From: a virus
Lineage: Duplodnaviria > Caudoviricetes
IMG/VR virus record: IMGVR_UViG_3300027740_000025
Location: 1-40,698 of that record
Strand: one strand, 5' to 3'
Length of the DNA: 40,698 nucleotides
Shown: one piece after another, positions 8,457 to 16,623 of the stretch
Layout: every line of letters begins with the position of its first letter
How positions within the stretch are numbered: position 1 is the first letter of the stretch
Notes under the pieces: generated by a model
The model's input: the letters and a program-made list of their open reading frames with translations, nothing else
Databases searched by the model: none
Told to the model about the DNA's origin: nothing
Position numbers and translations under genes: made by a program

Positions 8457-9498
8457 CGCGAACGTCCGTGCCGACCTGGCCCGCGGCCAGTACATCGACC
8501 CTCAGGAAGGGAAGGTCACGATTCGGCAATGGGCGGAGACCTGGCGCCGCGAGCAGCTGCACCGGGAATCGTCCGCGAACCGGGTTGAGACGGCGCTCCG
8601 GCTCCACGTATACCCAGTGCTCGGAACGGACGAGATCGCCCGTGTCCGCCCTTCGCATATCCGGTCGTGGGTGAAGGACCGGTCGCGGGTGTTGGCGCCG
8701 GCAACGCTGCGGACGATCTACGGCGGGATCCTCGCGCCGATGTTCAACGCCGCGGTCCTGGACCGGGTCATCGGCGCCACCCCCTGCGTGGGGATCCGTC
8801 TCCCCGAGCTCGACAGCAACGACTACACGATCGCCACCGCCGAGCAGGTGTACGCGCTCGCCGACTCCCTGCCCGGCTGGTACCGGGTAGTGCCGCTGCT
8901 CGTCGCCGGTGCCGGCCTCCGGGCAGGCGAGGTGTTCGGGCTGGAGCCGACGTCGGTGCTGTGGCTGAAGCGGGAACTCATCGTCGCTCACCAGTTGAAG
9001 GACGTGCCCGGCCGGTCACCGTTCCTCGGTGAGCCGAAGACGAAGACCAGCGTCCGCACCGTCGACCTCGCCGACGCTGTCGGGTCGGAGCTGTCCCGCC
9101 ACGTCGAGCAGTACCCGCCCGTCGAGATGGAGTTGACGGACGAGACAAACCCCAGGTCGGTGACTACCCGGACGACACGTCTGCTGTTCACGACGAGCAG
9201 AGGGACGCCACTCAAGCGGTCTGCCTGGTCGGATGTGTGGCGGCCCGCAGCGGTGAGAGTGGGGCTGCCGCCACGGTTCGGGTTGAGGGACCTGCGCCAC
9301 TACTTCGCCACCGTCCTGATCTTCGGCGGGGCGAACGTCAAGACGGTGCAGATGGCGATGGGCCACTCGAACCCGACGGTCACGCTGAACACGTACGTGG
9401 GGTATTGGCCGGACGCCCTGGACCGGACAAGGTCTCTGGTGGATGCCGCCCTGAACGTTGACACCGTACGGCGGGGTGCCGTAGAGTCTGGGTTGTGA
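8302..9498 (+). CDS. int: Tyrosine integrase
   Basis: GLRAGE (R), PKTK (K), LRDLRH (RxxR variant of HxxR), MGH, NTY (Y); N-terminal arm-binding region. Confidence 0.97.
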   Translation: MAVDDLWYLAKKDAGGNKVPSQRNGRGKRWRVRNHGARTQLFEKKTDAERYDANVRADLARGQYIDPQEGKVTIRQWAETWRREQLHRESSANRVETALRLHVYPVLGTDEIARVRPSHIRSWVKDRSRVLAPATLRTIYGGILAPMFNAAVLDRVIGATPCVGIRLPELDSNDYTIATAEQVYALADSLPGWYRVVPLLVAGAGLRAGEVFGLEPTSVLWLKRELIVAHQLKDVPGRSPFLGEPKTKTSVRTVDLADAVGSELSRHVEQYPPVEMELTDETNPRSVTTRTTRLLFTTSRGTPLKRSAWSDVWRPAAVRVGLPPRFGLRDLRHYFATVLIFGGANVKTVQMAMGHSNPTVTLNTYVGYWPDALDRTRSLVDAALNVDTVRRGAVESGL

Positions 9499-9704
9499 CG
9501 GAGCGCTGGACGACCACCCAGGTCGCCGAGTACTGCGGGGTCAACCCCGGCACCTACCGCGACTACGTGTCGGAGGGTCGCGCGCCGGGGCCGCTGAACG
9601 AGCGAGACCCGGAGACCGGGGCGAAGTTGTACGACTCCGCCGCGGTGATCAAGTGGCACGCGAACCGGCCGGGCGCCGGAACCCGAACCGACCTGGGGAA
9701 CTGA
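9495..9704 (+). CDS. MerR/AlpA-like HTH protein, candidate recombination directionality factor
   Basis: WTTTQVAEYCGVNPGTYRDYVSEGRAPGP...RPGAGTRTDL; coupled to int stop and abuts attP. Confidence 0.8.
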   Translation: MTERWTTTQVAEYCGVNPGTYRDYVSEGRAPGPLNERDPETGAKLYDSAAVIKWHANRPGAGTRTDLGN

Positions 9705-9711
9705 GCGATGT

Positions 9712-9929
9712 TGTACCGAATATGTACCGGACAGATGGGGACGTGAGGAACATGCAGGTCACAGACCTGTGGGTTGGCGTGTCGGGCAGTTCGCATGGAA
9801 CTGCCCTACTGGTCGCGCCGACCTGCGGTAACTACCCGAAGAGGTCGCCTGACCTCGCACGACAGGGCAACCGGGGGCAACGGGGGGCAACCAGCGTCAA
9901 CGGCTGGTTTGTACCGGATCTGTACCGGA
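9712..9929. other. attP site (intact)
   Basis: Paired arm-type repeats TGTACCG(GA) at 9712/9723 and 9910/9921; core GGGCAGTT-CGCATGG-AACTGCCC (9784-9806); three GGGCAAC repeats at 10-bp spacing (9865/9875/9885). Confidence 0.8.
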
Positions 9930-9964
9930 ACGCGTTCGCGATCGCGCGGCGTGCGGCGGTTGAG

Positions 9965-10207
9965 GTGCCCGCCACGGCGTGGTTCGCCATCGCCGCCGCG
10001 CTCCTCACCCTCACCCACACCTGGGCAGGGGTCCTCGGAGCGCACCTCGTTCACATCGCCTACGTGGACTGGTCCCGCCCGAACGTCGCCTTCTACGGCG
10101 GCATCTGCTGGATGGGCGTCTCGCTCGTCTCGTGGGGTGTGGGTCTGCTGCGTGTCGGTGAGGCGCTGGGTGTGGTGCGCCGGATCACCCCCGAGGTGAC
10201 CCGATGA
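9965..10207 (+). CDS. Small membrane protein (start uncertain)
   Basis: Two hydrophobic segments; stop overlaps ATG of next gene. Confidence 0.55.
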   Translation: MPATAWFAIAAALLTLTHTWAGVLGAHLVHIAYVDWSRPNVAFYGGICWMGVSLVSWGVGLLRVGEALGVVRRITPEVTR

Positions 10208-10869
10208 CCGAGTACCACAAGATCGACACAGTGTTCGCTCGCGACACCAAGGGCCGGATCATCGAGGGCCAGTACTCGCGCCCCGAGTTCGAGTACCTCG
10301 CCGACCGCGAGTGGGTGTTCACCGAGAAGGTCGACGGCACCAACATCCGCCTGTCCTACGACGGGCAGCCGACGTTCCGGGGCAACGAGCACGCCTACAT
10401 CGCGGGTCGCACCGACAACGCGCAACTGCAGCCGGGTCTGCTCCAACGCCTCATCGAGGTCATGCGCGCCGCGCCGTTCGAGCAGGTGTTCAAGCCAGGC
10501 GATGAGGTCGTGCTGTACGGCGAGGGCTACGGCGCGAAGATCCAGAAGGGCGGCGGCAACTACCTCCCTGACAGCTGCGACTTCGTGCTGTTCGATGTGC
10601 GGGTCGGCACCTGGTGGCTGCGCCGGGACGCGGTCGAGGACGTCGCCGCGAACCTCGGTCTCGCGGTTGTTCCGATCCTCGGGAAGGGCACGCTCGCCGA
10701 CGCGGTCGAACTGACCCGCGAGGGGTTCGCGTCCGCCCGGTGGCCGGGAGTCGCGGTCGCGGAAGGTCTCGTGCTGCGGCCCGCCGTAGAGCTGTTCGAC
10801 CGTCGCGGCGAGCGGGTCATCACGAAGATCAAGCACAAGGACTTCCGCGTGTCGGGGGTGACCCGGTGA
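10204..10869 (+). CDS. ATP-dependent RNA ligase family (Rnl2-like adenylyltransferase domain)
   Basis: Motif I TEKVDGTN, III LYGEGYG, IIIa FVLFDV, IV AEGLVLRP, V TKIK. Confidence 0.88.
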   Translation: MTEYHKIDTVFARDTKGRIIEGQYSRPEFEYLADREWVFTEKVDGTNIRLSYDGQPTFRGNEHAYIAGRTDNAQLQPGLLQRLIEVMRAAPFEQVFKPGDEVVLYGEGYGAKIQKGGGNYLPDSCDFVLFDVRVGTWWLRRDAVEDVAANLGLAVVPILGKGTLADAVELTREGFASARWPGVAVAEGLVLRPAVELFDRRGERVITKIKHKDFRVSGVTR

Positions 10870-11162
10870 CCGCACCCAAGTTGACGAAGGTCAGCGACAC
10901 CGAGCCCGAGATCGTCGCTGGCGGCGGCACCGTCGTCTACCGGGTGACCCTGGACGGCCGGTGGGTCGGCTGGGTCGGCGACACCCGACCGTGGCGGGGC
11001 TGGCGGTTCGGCGGCCGGCAGTGGTGGGCGTGCTGGCGCGAAGACGGCGACACCGCAGCCCGCTGGAACAGCCACGACAACGGCCGTAACGACAGCGGGC
11101 ACCCGACGCGGGCAGCGGCACTCGCCGATCTGATCGCACACGTGCGAGGTGAGGTCCGGTGA
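10866..11162 (+). CDS. Trp-rich hypothetical phage protein
   Basis: GTG 10866 coupled to ligase stop. Confidence 0.7.
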   Translation: MTAPKLTKVSDTEPEIVAGGGTVVYRVTLDGRWVGWVGDTRPWRGWRFGGRQWWACWREDGDTAARWNSHDNGRNDSGHPTRAAALADLIAHVRGEVR

Positions 11163-11308
11163 GCGACAACAACCCCACCGACGACGGGTTGTCGTGGGGT
11201 CCGGGTGCTGGGGCTGCACCGCCCGACCCGGACGAGGTCGGGCCGATCACCAGATCCGCGAAGGTGCTGCGGGACGCACTGAAAGAGCAGCAGGAGAAGG
11301 GGAAGTGA
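11159..11308 (+). CDS. Small hypothetical protein (49 aa)
   Basis: Hand translation MSDNNPTDDGLSWGPGAG...; RBS GAGG; coupled at both ends. Confidence 0.55.
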   Translation: MSDNNPTDDGLSWGPGAGAAPPDPDEVGPITRSAKVLRDALKEQQEKGK

Positions 11309-12249
11309 TGGGCACCGGGATCACGTTGGAGCCGGCCGTGTTGGCGCGGGTGCGGCGACTGGTCGACGAGGGTCGGCGCGCGGACGCGGTCAGGGAGGTC
11401 CGCCGCACGGCGGGGGTGGGTGTCAGTGATGCCGCAGCGTTCGTGGCGGACTTGTGGGACGGAGCCCTGCCCGTCGTGACTGACTCTTCCCCCACACCAG
11501 ACACCGCAGCCCCGGAGATGACCTCCAAGGACTGGCGCTCTCTGCGTAAGTGCATCCAGGACCAGGTGGATCGGTACGAGAATGGTCCGCACCTCCCGAG
11601 CGTCCGCGACGGGCTGAACGGCGCGCTGGCCTACATGGACGGCATCGAGCAGTACCGCGCCATGGACGTCCCGGCGCCGGCTGCTGGTTCGGTGGCGGGT
11701 ACCCCAACCCCGGACTGGTCCGCGCTGAACGACGCCTGCATGGAGTACAGCGCGGCGTACATGGACGAGGACGACTCGGGCCTGCCGCCCACGCTGGACA
11801 AGGTCCGAGCCGCACTCCGAGGCGAAGACCCGTACAACCCGGTGGGTGTGGGCGCCCCAACCCCGACCCTGGCGCCGGCAGGTTTCTTCCACGTCGGTGA
11901 CCAGGTGCGCAACCGGCACACCCTGGCGGTGATGACCGTCAACGACGCCGGCTGGTGGGAGGAGCGCTTCTACGAGCTGGTCGAGTGCCCCCACGCCTCG
12001 GCGGGTTCGGCGGCAGCCCTCACCGACGACCTCCCGGAACCCACCGGCACGTGGACCGATGGCGTCCCGTACTGGGACGCCGAAGCGCGAACCATCACCG
12101 CGCAGGTCGACGACAACGGGCGGCCGTACACGCGCCTGAACGGGCAGATCTGGCTCGACACCGAGGCGGAGGCGGTCGGTCTCGCTCTGGTCGCTGCTGC
12201 TCGCGAGGCGCGGCGACTGGCCGCTGAGGCGGGTGATGGTGGTGAGTGA
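11308..12249 (+). CDS. Mosaic protein with N-terminal ribosomal bL12 (L7/L12) CTD-like helical module
   Basis: VRRLVDEGRRADAVREVRRTAGVGVSDAAAFVADL; further small modules joined by PTP linkers. Confidence 0.7.
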   Translation: MGTGITLEPAVLARVRRLVDEGRRADAVREVRRTAGVGVSDAAAFVADLWDGALPVVTDSSPTPDTAAPEMTSKDWRSLRKCIQDQVDRYENGPHLPSVRDGLNGALAYMDGIEQYRAMDVPAPAAGSVAGTPTPDWSALNDACMEYSAAYMDEDDSGLPPTLDKVRAALRGEDPYNPVGVGAPTPTLAPAGFFHVGDQVRNRHTLAVMTVNDAGWWEERFYELVECPHASAGSAAALTDDLPEPTGTWTDGVPYWDAEARTITAQVDDNGRPYTRLNGQIWLDTEAEAVGLALVAAAREARRLAAEAGDGGE

Positions 12250-12673
12250 CTCCACCCCGGCCCCGGTTTCGGGGATCACCGAAGAGATGATCGAACAAGG
12301 TGCTGCGGCGATCGACGACCTGTTGACCATGCTCGGCGTCGAGCGCGGCGAGTGGAACGAACCTGGCGGGCCGACCACTGCCGAGGTGCTTGCCGCCGCC
12401 GTTCTCCGCGGTGGGCTGTCGGGTCTGGTGGTAGTCCAACCGCCCCAAGCCGACCACACCAGCCTGCACCAAACGGTGTGGATCGTGAGCGAAGCCAACC
12501 GGGGCCGGGATGTCGTCTTGCACCTGTCCGGTCCGTGGGCGTCCAAGGACTGCGTCCAGGACATGTACCGCTGGTACGCCCCGGAGGAGGCGGAGGCGCA
12601 CGCAGGCCGGCTGCTGGCTGCTGCTGGTGAAGCACGACGGATGTCCACCGAGAGCAGTGATCAGCATGACTGA
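12242..12673 (+). CDS. Hypothetical phage protein
   Basis: Overlapping coupling; C-terminal PEEAEAHAGRLLAAAGEARR helix. Confidence 0.7.
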   Translation: MSDSTPAPVSGITEEMIEQGAAAIDDLLTMLGVERGEWNEPGGPTTAEVLAAAVLRGGLSGLVVVQPPQADHTSLHQTVWIVSEANRGRDVVLHLSGPWASKDCVQDMYRWYAPEEAEAHAGRLLAAAGEARRMSTESSDQHD

Positions 12674-13022
12674 CCTCCTCGACTTCGCCAGCGAGTTCCG
12701 CTTCCGCCTCTACCCCGAGGGCCACGAGTTCTGGGACATCGCCGACATGGCGGTCACCGTGGCGTGGCGCGGCGGCGACCGGTGGGCCGTGTGCGAGCGC
12801 GGGTTCTGCTGGGACGCCACCGGCTACAGCGAGTACGAGTCCATCCCGTCCGACCGTGAGGACGAGTTCAAGGCCCGCTACCGGTTCGACCGGGACGAGG
12901 CCGTCCGGATCGCCCGCGAGGTCGTCGTGCCGCGACTACGCGCGGTGTGGGACGAGCGTCTGACCAGGAAGGCCGCCGCCCGCCCGGTGTCTGGGTTGTC
13001 TGAGGAAGGAAACCCGACATGA
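12666..13022 (+). CDS. Hypothetical phage protein
   Basis: ATG 12666; VTVAWRGGDRWAV...EYESIPSDREDEFKARYRF; strong GC3 bias. Confidence 0.8.
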   Translation: MTDLLDFASEFRFRLYPEGHEFWDIADMAVTVAWRGGDRWAVCERGFCWDATGYSEYESIPSDREDEFKARYRFDRDEAVRIAREVVVPRLRAVWDERLTRKAAARPVSGLSEEGNPT

Positions 13023-13285
13023 GCGTCCACCAGGTGCGTGAACTCGTCTGTGACTGCACCGAACCGGGATGTCGCCCTCAGCGAGACGTCTGCGGTGAAG
13101 CCATCGTGGACTACGCCTCGTCCGTCCAGGCCATGCGAAACGAGAACGCCTCGGCCGGATGGTCGGTCGGTCCCGGTGGTTGGCCGGGCCGGGACTACTG
13201 CCCCGCGTGCACGAAGCACCGAGTTGACGACCCGGCGTCCTCGTCTGTGGGGGTTGGGCACACCGAACCCGAGGAGCAGCCGTGA
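13019..13285 (+). CDS. Cys-rich, possibly Zn-binding protein
   Basis: CDC...C and GW...DYCPAC; RBS GAGGAAGG. Confidence 0.7.
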   Translation: MSVHQVRELVCDCTEPGCRPQRDVCGEAIVDYASSVQAMRNENASAGWSVGPGGWPGRDYCPACTKHRVDDPASSSVGVGHTEPEEQP

Positions 13286-13617
13286 ACAACTGCGCGATGG
13301 AGCTGTGCCCGAACTGGGCCGGCGACGGCGACGGATGCCCGTGCGCGGTCCTCGGCCTGCCGAAGCCCGACGCCGGTGATCCGGACCCGCCGTTGGACGA
13401 GGTCGACTGGGACGAACTGGACGAGGTCGACCCCAAGGCCCGTGTGGTCGCGGACGTGCTGGAGAAGTGGGGGCAGGCGCGCTGCTGCCTGCGGCATCAC
13501 ATGGTGGGCACGTTCCTGGACCTGCTCGCAGCGGAGGGGTACCGGGTTGAGCCGATCCAGGCACCTGCGTTCGAGGACGTCCTGCCGGTTGAGCAGGGCG
13601 GGGGTAACCCCCAATGA
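13282..13617 (+). CDS. Cys-rich acidic hypothetical protein
   Basis: CAMELCPNW..GCPC; coupled ORF. Confidence 0.7.
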   Translation: MNNCAMELCPNWAGDGDGCPCAVLGLPKPDAGDPDPPLDEVDWDELDEVDPKARVVADVLEKWGQARCCLRHHMVGTFLDLLAAEGYRVEPIQAPAFEDVLPVEQGGGNPQ

Positions 13618-13661
13618 CCCGCCACGACCTGCGCCTGCCAAGCCATCATCTGGAGCCTCAC

Positions 13662-14411
13662 ATGACCACCATCCGAAAGGCGACCGCCGCTGTGCTGGTG
13701 GCGCTGCTGATCCTCGTGTCCGGCGCCGCCACCGGCGTCGCTCCCCTCGCCGCCGCAGGCCCGCTCGCCCAGTCCACCTGGTGCCAGCACCGCGCCTCCA
13801 TGGCCATCTTCGGCGGCAGTTCGAGCACCGGCTACCTCACCACCGGCTACACCAAGACCGACGGCACCTACCAGGCCACCACCTACGGATGGTGGAAGCA
13901 GGTGTCGGAGTTCGCCGCCACGAACTGGGGAACCCAGTCGTACAACTACGCCCGCAACGGCGCCTCCTATGCCAGCTACACGAGCGGGGGACAGTGGCCC
14001 GTCACCCGAAACGCCGTCGCGTCACTCAGCGAGACGCAACCAGACCTGTTGTTCCTCGCCCTGGGAACCAACGAGTACCTGGCGCAGCAAGACCCGGCAG
14101 TGATGGAGGCGAACATGCGCACGGTCGTCGCCGCGGTGAAGCAGGCGTCGCCCCGTACGGCGATGATGGCGATCGTTCAGCACACCGCCTACGCCGGCCC
14201 CAATCCCGTGTTCCCGTGGGAGCGGTACAAGCAGCGAATCATGCAGGTCGTCATCGACGAGACACTGGCGATGGCCGACCTCCGACAGTCCGTCCCCTCT
14301 GCGTACGGCGCGGACTGGGCGCTGTTCTACCACCCGGACCGCATCCACATGAAGGACACCACCCATATGGTCTTCGCGGCGGGGGTGCGGCCATGGCTGT
14401 TCTTCTGCTAG
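13662..14411 (+). CDS. Secreted SGNH/GDSL-family hydrolase
   Basis: Signal peptide; block I FGGSSSTG, II ARNGA, III LGTNE, V DRIH; RBS GGAG. Confidence 0.85.
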   Translation: MTTIRKATAAVLVALLILVSGAATGVAPLAAAGPLAQSTWCQHRASMAIFGGSSSTGYLTTGYTKTDGTYQATTYGWWKQVSEFAATNWGTQSYNYARNGASYASYTSGGQWPVTRNAVASLSETQPDLLFLALGTNEYLAQQDPAVMEANMRTVVAAVKQASPRTAMMAIVQHTAYAGPNPVFPWERYKQRIMQVVIDETLAMADLRQSVPSAYGADWALFYHPDRIHMKDTTHMVFAAGVRPWLFFC

Positions 14412-14521
14412 CCCGCCGTGTCTGGAGACGCCTACGCGCCAAGGTCCGCCACGCCTACCTGGCCCGATGTGAGCGGGTCACGGCCGAGACGTGGGACCCG
14501 GACGACATCGACCGCTGGTGA
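14393..14521 (+). CDS. Possible small basic protein (42 aa)
   Basis: MAVLLLARRVWRRLRAKVRHAYLARCERVTAETWDPDDIDRW; short overlap with upstream gene. Confidence 0.4.
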   Translation: MAVLLLARRVWRRLRAKVRHAYLARCERVTAETWDPDDIDRW

Positions 14522-14581
14522 CGCAACGTCTGGGCTGATCCAGACGACACCTACAGCAACACCGCCGCGAAGGAGCCGACG

Positions 14582-15028
14582 ATGCCCGCCACCACCAGAC
14601 CCATATCCATCGCCGTGCTGGCCGCGATCGCGGTGCTCGGGGTGTTGTGGGCAATGTTCGGTGGCACCGCCACAGTCGCGGGAGCGGCAACCGCGGACCC
14701 CGATGCGCCACCGGTCCTTTCGGCGTTGGAACTCGCCTCCGCGGAGTGTTTAACCGGGGCGATCGCGGTCGAAGCCGACAACATCACGCTAGTGCTCGAC
14801 ATGGCTGTCACCTTGTACGACGGCAGCCTGAACTACGACACGGGTGACGTCACGTTCGAGGAGATCACGTGCGTCCTCGGCGAGCTCAACGCTCCCACGA
14901 GTGTCACCGCCCGCATGGACAGCACTCGGGCACTGGATGGCATGCAGGACGCCGAGTGGGGCAAGTTCGCGGCGTCGTGGACCTACCACCCGGACGCTGG
15001 CCTGGATGTGATCATCACCCAGTCCTGA
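14582..15028 (+). CDS. Membrane-anchored or exported protein of an actinobacterial hypothetical type
   Basis: RBS AAGGAG; N-terminal TM; STRALDG...SWTYHPDAGL C-terminal motif. Confidence 0.85.
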   Translation: MPATTRPISIAVLAAIAVLGVLWAMFGGTATVAGAATADPDAPPVLSALELASAECLTGAIAVEADNITLVLDMAVTLYDGSLNYDTGDVTFEEITCVLGELNAPTSVTARMDSTRALDGMQDAEWGKFAASWTYHPDAGLDVIITQS

Positions 15029-15036
15029 GCACAGCG

Positions 15037-15084
15037 ATCGGCCCCCGGTGTCCTCCGCAGGGGGGGGAAACACCGGGGGCCGAT
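15037..15084. terminator. Stem-loop between convergent genes
   Basis: Perfect 15-bp inverted repeat ATCGGCCCCCGGTGT / ACACCGGGGGCCGAT. Confidence 0.8.
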
Positions 15085-15131
15085 GTGCGATAGCCATCCA
15101 ACATCATGTCGGTTGGTATCCAGCTATCCGC

Positions 15132-15314
15132 TCACAGGTCCAGCCTCCCCGACTTGACCACGGCCAGTAGGCCGTCCAGTCGAACCCTCAACGTCTCGCC
15201 GCCAGGATCCTTGCTGTCCCGCACCCAGCCTGGATAGGCCAGTTCGACACAGGCTCCGTTGTTGCCGTCGCTGCGGCTGGCCTTGCGCCAGCGCAGCCCA
15301 CAGAGGTCGGTCAT
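15132..15314 (-). CDS. DUF397 domain protein
   Basis: WRKASRS...CVELA...VRDSKDP signature; RBS GGAAGGGG. Confidence 0.93.
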   Translation of the reverse strand: MTDLCGLRWRKASRSDGNNGACVELAYPGWVRDSKDPGGETLRVRLDGLLAVVKSGRLDL

Positions 15315-15344
15315 AGCCGTCCCCTTCCGTTCGCCCAGGTTCAC

Positions 15345-16181
15345 CTAGTCGACCAGCGTAGACAGCAACGCGGCCGTCTCGCCGGTCGTGAGGGCGGCCT
15401 GACGGGTTCGGGCGAAGATGTCACCGTGTCGGAGTAGGTCCGCAGGCCGCTCGAGGTAGGTGCCGCCGCGCTCGTTCTGGACGTAGACGAGATCCATTTC
15501 TGCGGTGTCGGAGAACCGAAGCATGATGAAGGCGCCGTTCATCGCGGCGTGCGCCCCGGTGTCGAACGGCAGCACCCGCAGGTCCACGCCGCGCTCGAGC
15601 TCCGCGAGAAGTCGTTGCATCTGGGAACGCATCACGTCCCGGCCGCCGACCTGCCGGCGCACGACAGCCTCGTTCAAGACCACCGACAGGTGCTCGTACT
15701 GCATCTGCTCTTGGCGGGCGACCCGCAGCTCAACCGAACGCTGTAGTTGGTCGGCGGCGCTGTCTGGATGGGCGGCCAGTCGGAGCGCCCGGATGTAGTC
15801 CTCGGTCTGGAACCAGCCGGGCACGAACTCCGACTCGTAGGACCAGATCTCCGTGGCGTCCGCCTCGAGGCTGACATAGATCTCGAACCAGTCAGGGATC
15901 AGGTCCGCGAACGACTCCCACCAGCCGGGCTGGGTGGCCTGCTCGGCGACGGTCATGAGCCGCTCGTTGTCGTGGCCCTCGACGCCGTACAGCTCGAGTA
16001 GCCGGTACACGTGTCGGGGCAGGATCGCCCGCCTGCCGCCTTCGATCCCGGACAGGGTGGGTTGCGACATGTGGGCGCGTTTGACCACGTCAGCGGTCTT
16101 CATGCCTGATGCCTCGCGGAGTTTGCGCAGCTCCTTACCCAGGTATCGGCGGAGCGCGCCGGGCCCCGGCTGATGGTTCAT
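15345..16181 (-). CDS. Xre HTH + DUF5753 regulator (Scr1/WhiJ-like)
   Basis: LGKELRKLREASG HTH; GWW; VPGWFQTEDY; LRVARQ; VLNEAVVRRQVGG. Confidence 0.93.
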   Translation of the reverse strand: MNHQPGPGALRRYLGKELRKLREASGMKTADVVKRAHMSQPTLSGIEGGRRAILPRHVYRLLELYGVEGHDNERLMTVAEQATQPGWWESFADLIPDWFEIYVSLEADATEIWSYESEFVPGWFQTEDYIRALRLAAHPDSAADQLQRSVELRVARQEQMQYEHLSVVLNEAVVRRQVGGRDVMRSQMQRLLAELERGVDLRVLPFDTGAHAAMNGAFIMLRFSDTAEMDLVYVQNERGGTYLERPADLLRHGDIFARTRQAALTTGETAALLSTLVD

Positions 16182-16247
16182 GCATCACCCCTTCGGTTGC
16201 ACGCCAACTATCCCCCGCGTGTGGGGTTGCGCACCGTCCCCCAAACG

Positions 16248-16272
16248 GTGGATATTCACCGTGAATGTTCAC
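16248..16272. promoter_or_regulatory. Tandem near-palindromic operator candidate
   Basis: GTGGATATTCAC-C-GTGAATGTTCAC in the divergent intergenic region. Confidence 0.55.
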
Positions 16273-16407
16273 GGCGTATGGTCGACGGCGTTGGCCGGGC
16301 TTTCTCTTCGGGGATTGTCCACGCCGGCGGCCGTGGCCCCGACACCTGCCCAGGTTGCTTCGGGGTCGACGGTCGCCACACTTGGCACTTCGGGGAGTGA
16401 CCGCAGC

Positions 16408-16623
16408 ATGTCTATCGAGGACCGGTATCCGATGGAGGCCGACGTGACCACAGCGATGGGGAAGCGTGGGGTCGTCCGTGTCGGTGTCGAACCTGGGGTG
16501 ATCCGCACCCTCACCCCACCCGGTGATGGGTACTCGATGACCCCGACCCAGTGCCGAGAGTTGATCGACATGTATCAGCGGGCGCTGCGGATCGAGCACT
16601 TCCACAGCAGGCACGAGTCGTGA
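16408..16623 (+). CDS. Hypothetical protein (71 aa)
   Basis: RBS GGGGAG; first gene divergent from Xre. Confidence 0.65.
   Translation: MSIEDRYPMEADVTTAMGKRGVVRVGVEPGVIRTLTPPGDGYSMTPTQCRELIDMYQRALRIEHFHSRHES

Noticed and set aside
9285-9300. Integrase RxxR instead of HxxR as a sign of inactivation
   Set aside because: This His is the most variable catalytic position in tyrosine recombinases, and the other catalytic residues are intact
9865-9929. Short tandem repeats as CRISPR array or iterons
   Set aside because: 7-9 bp units without unique spacers, and no cas or rep gene; better explained as att-site protein-binding repeats
9653-9964. Long N-terminal extension of the membrane ORF across attP
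   Set aside because: Overlaps the HTH gene and the att repeats; no RBS; more likely a chance open frame
10891-12648. 585-aa minus-strand ORF
   Set aside because: Antisense to a tightly coupled plus-strand operon; no recognisable domain or RBS
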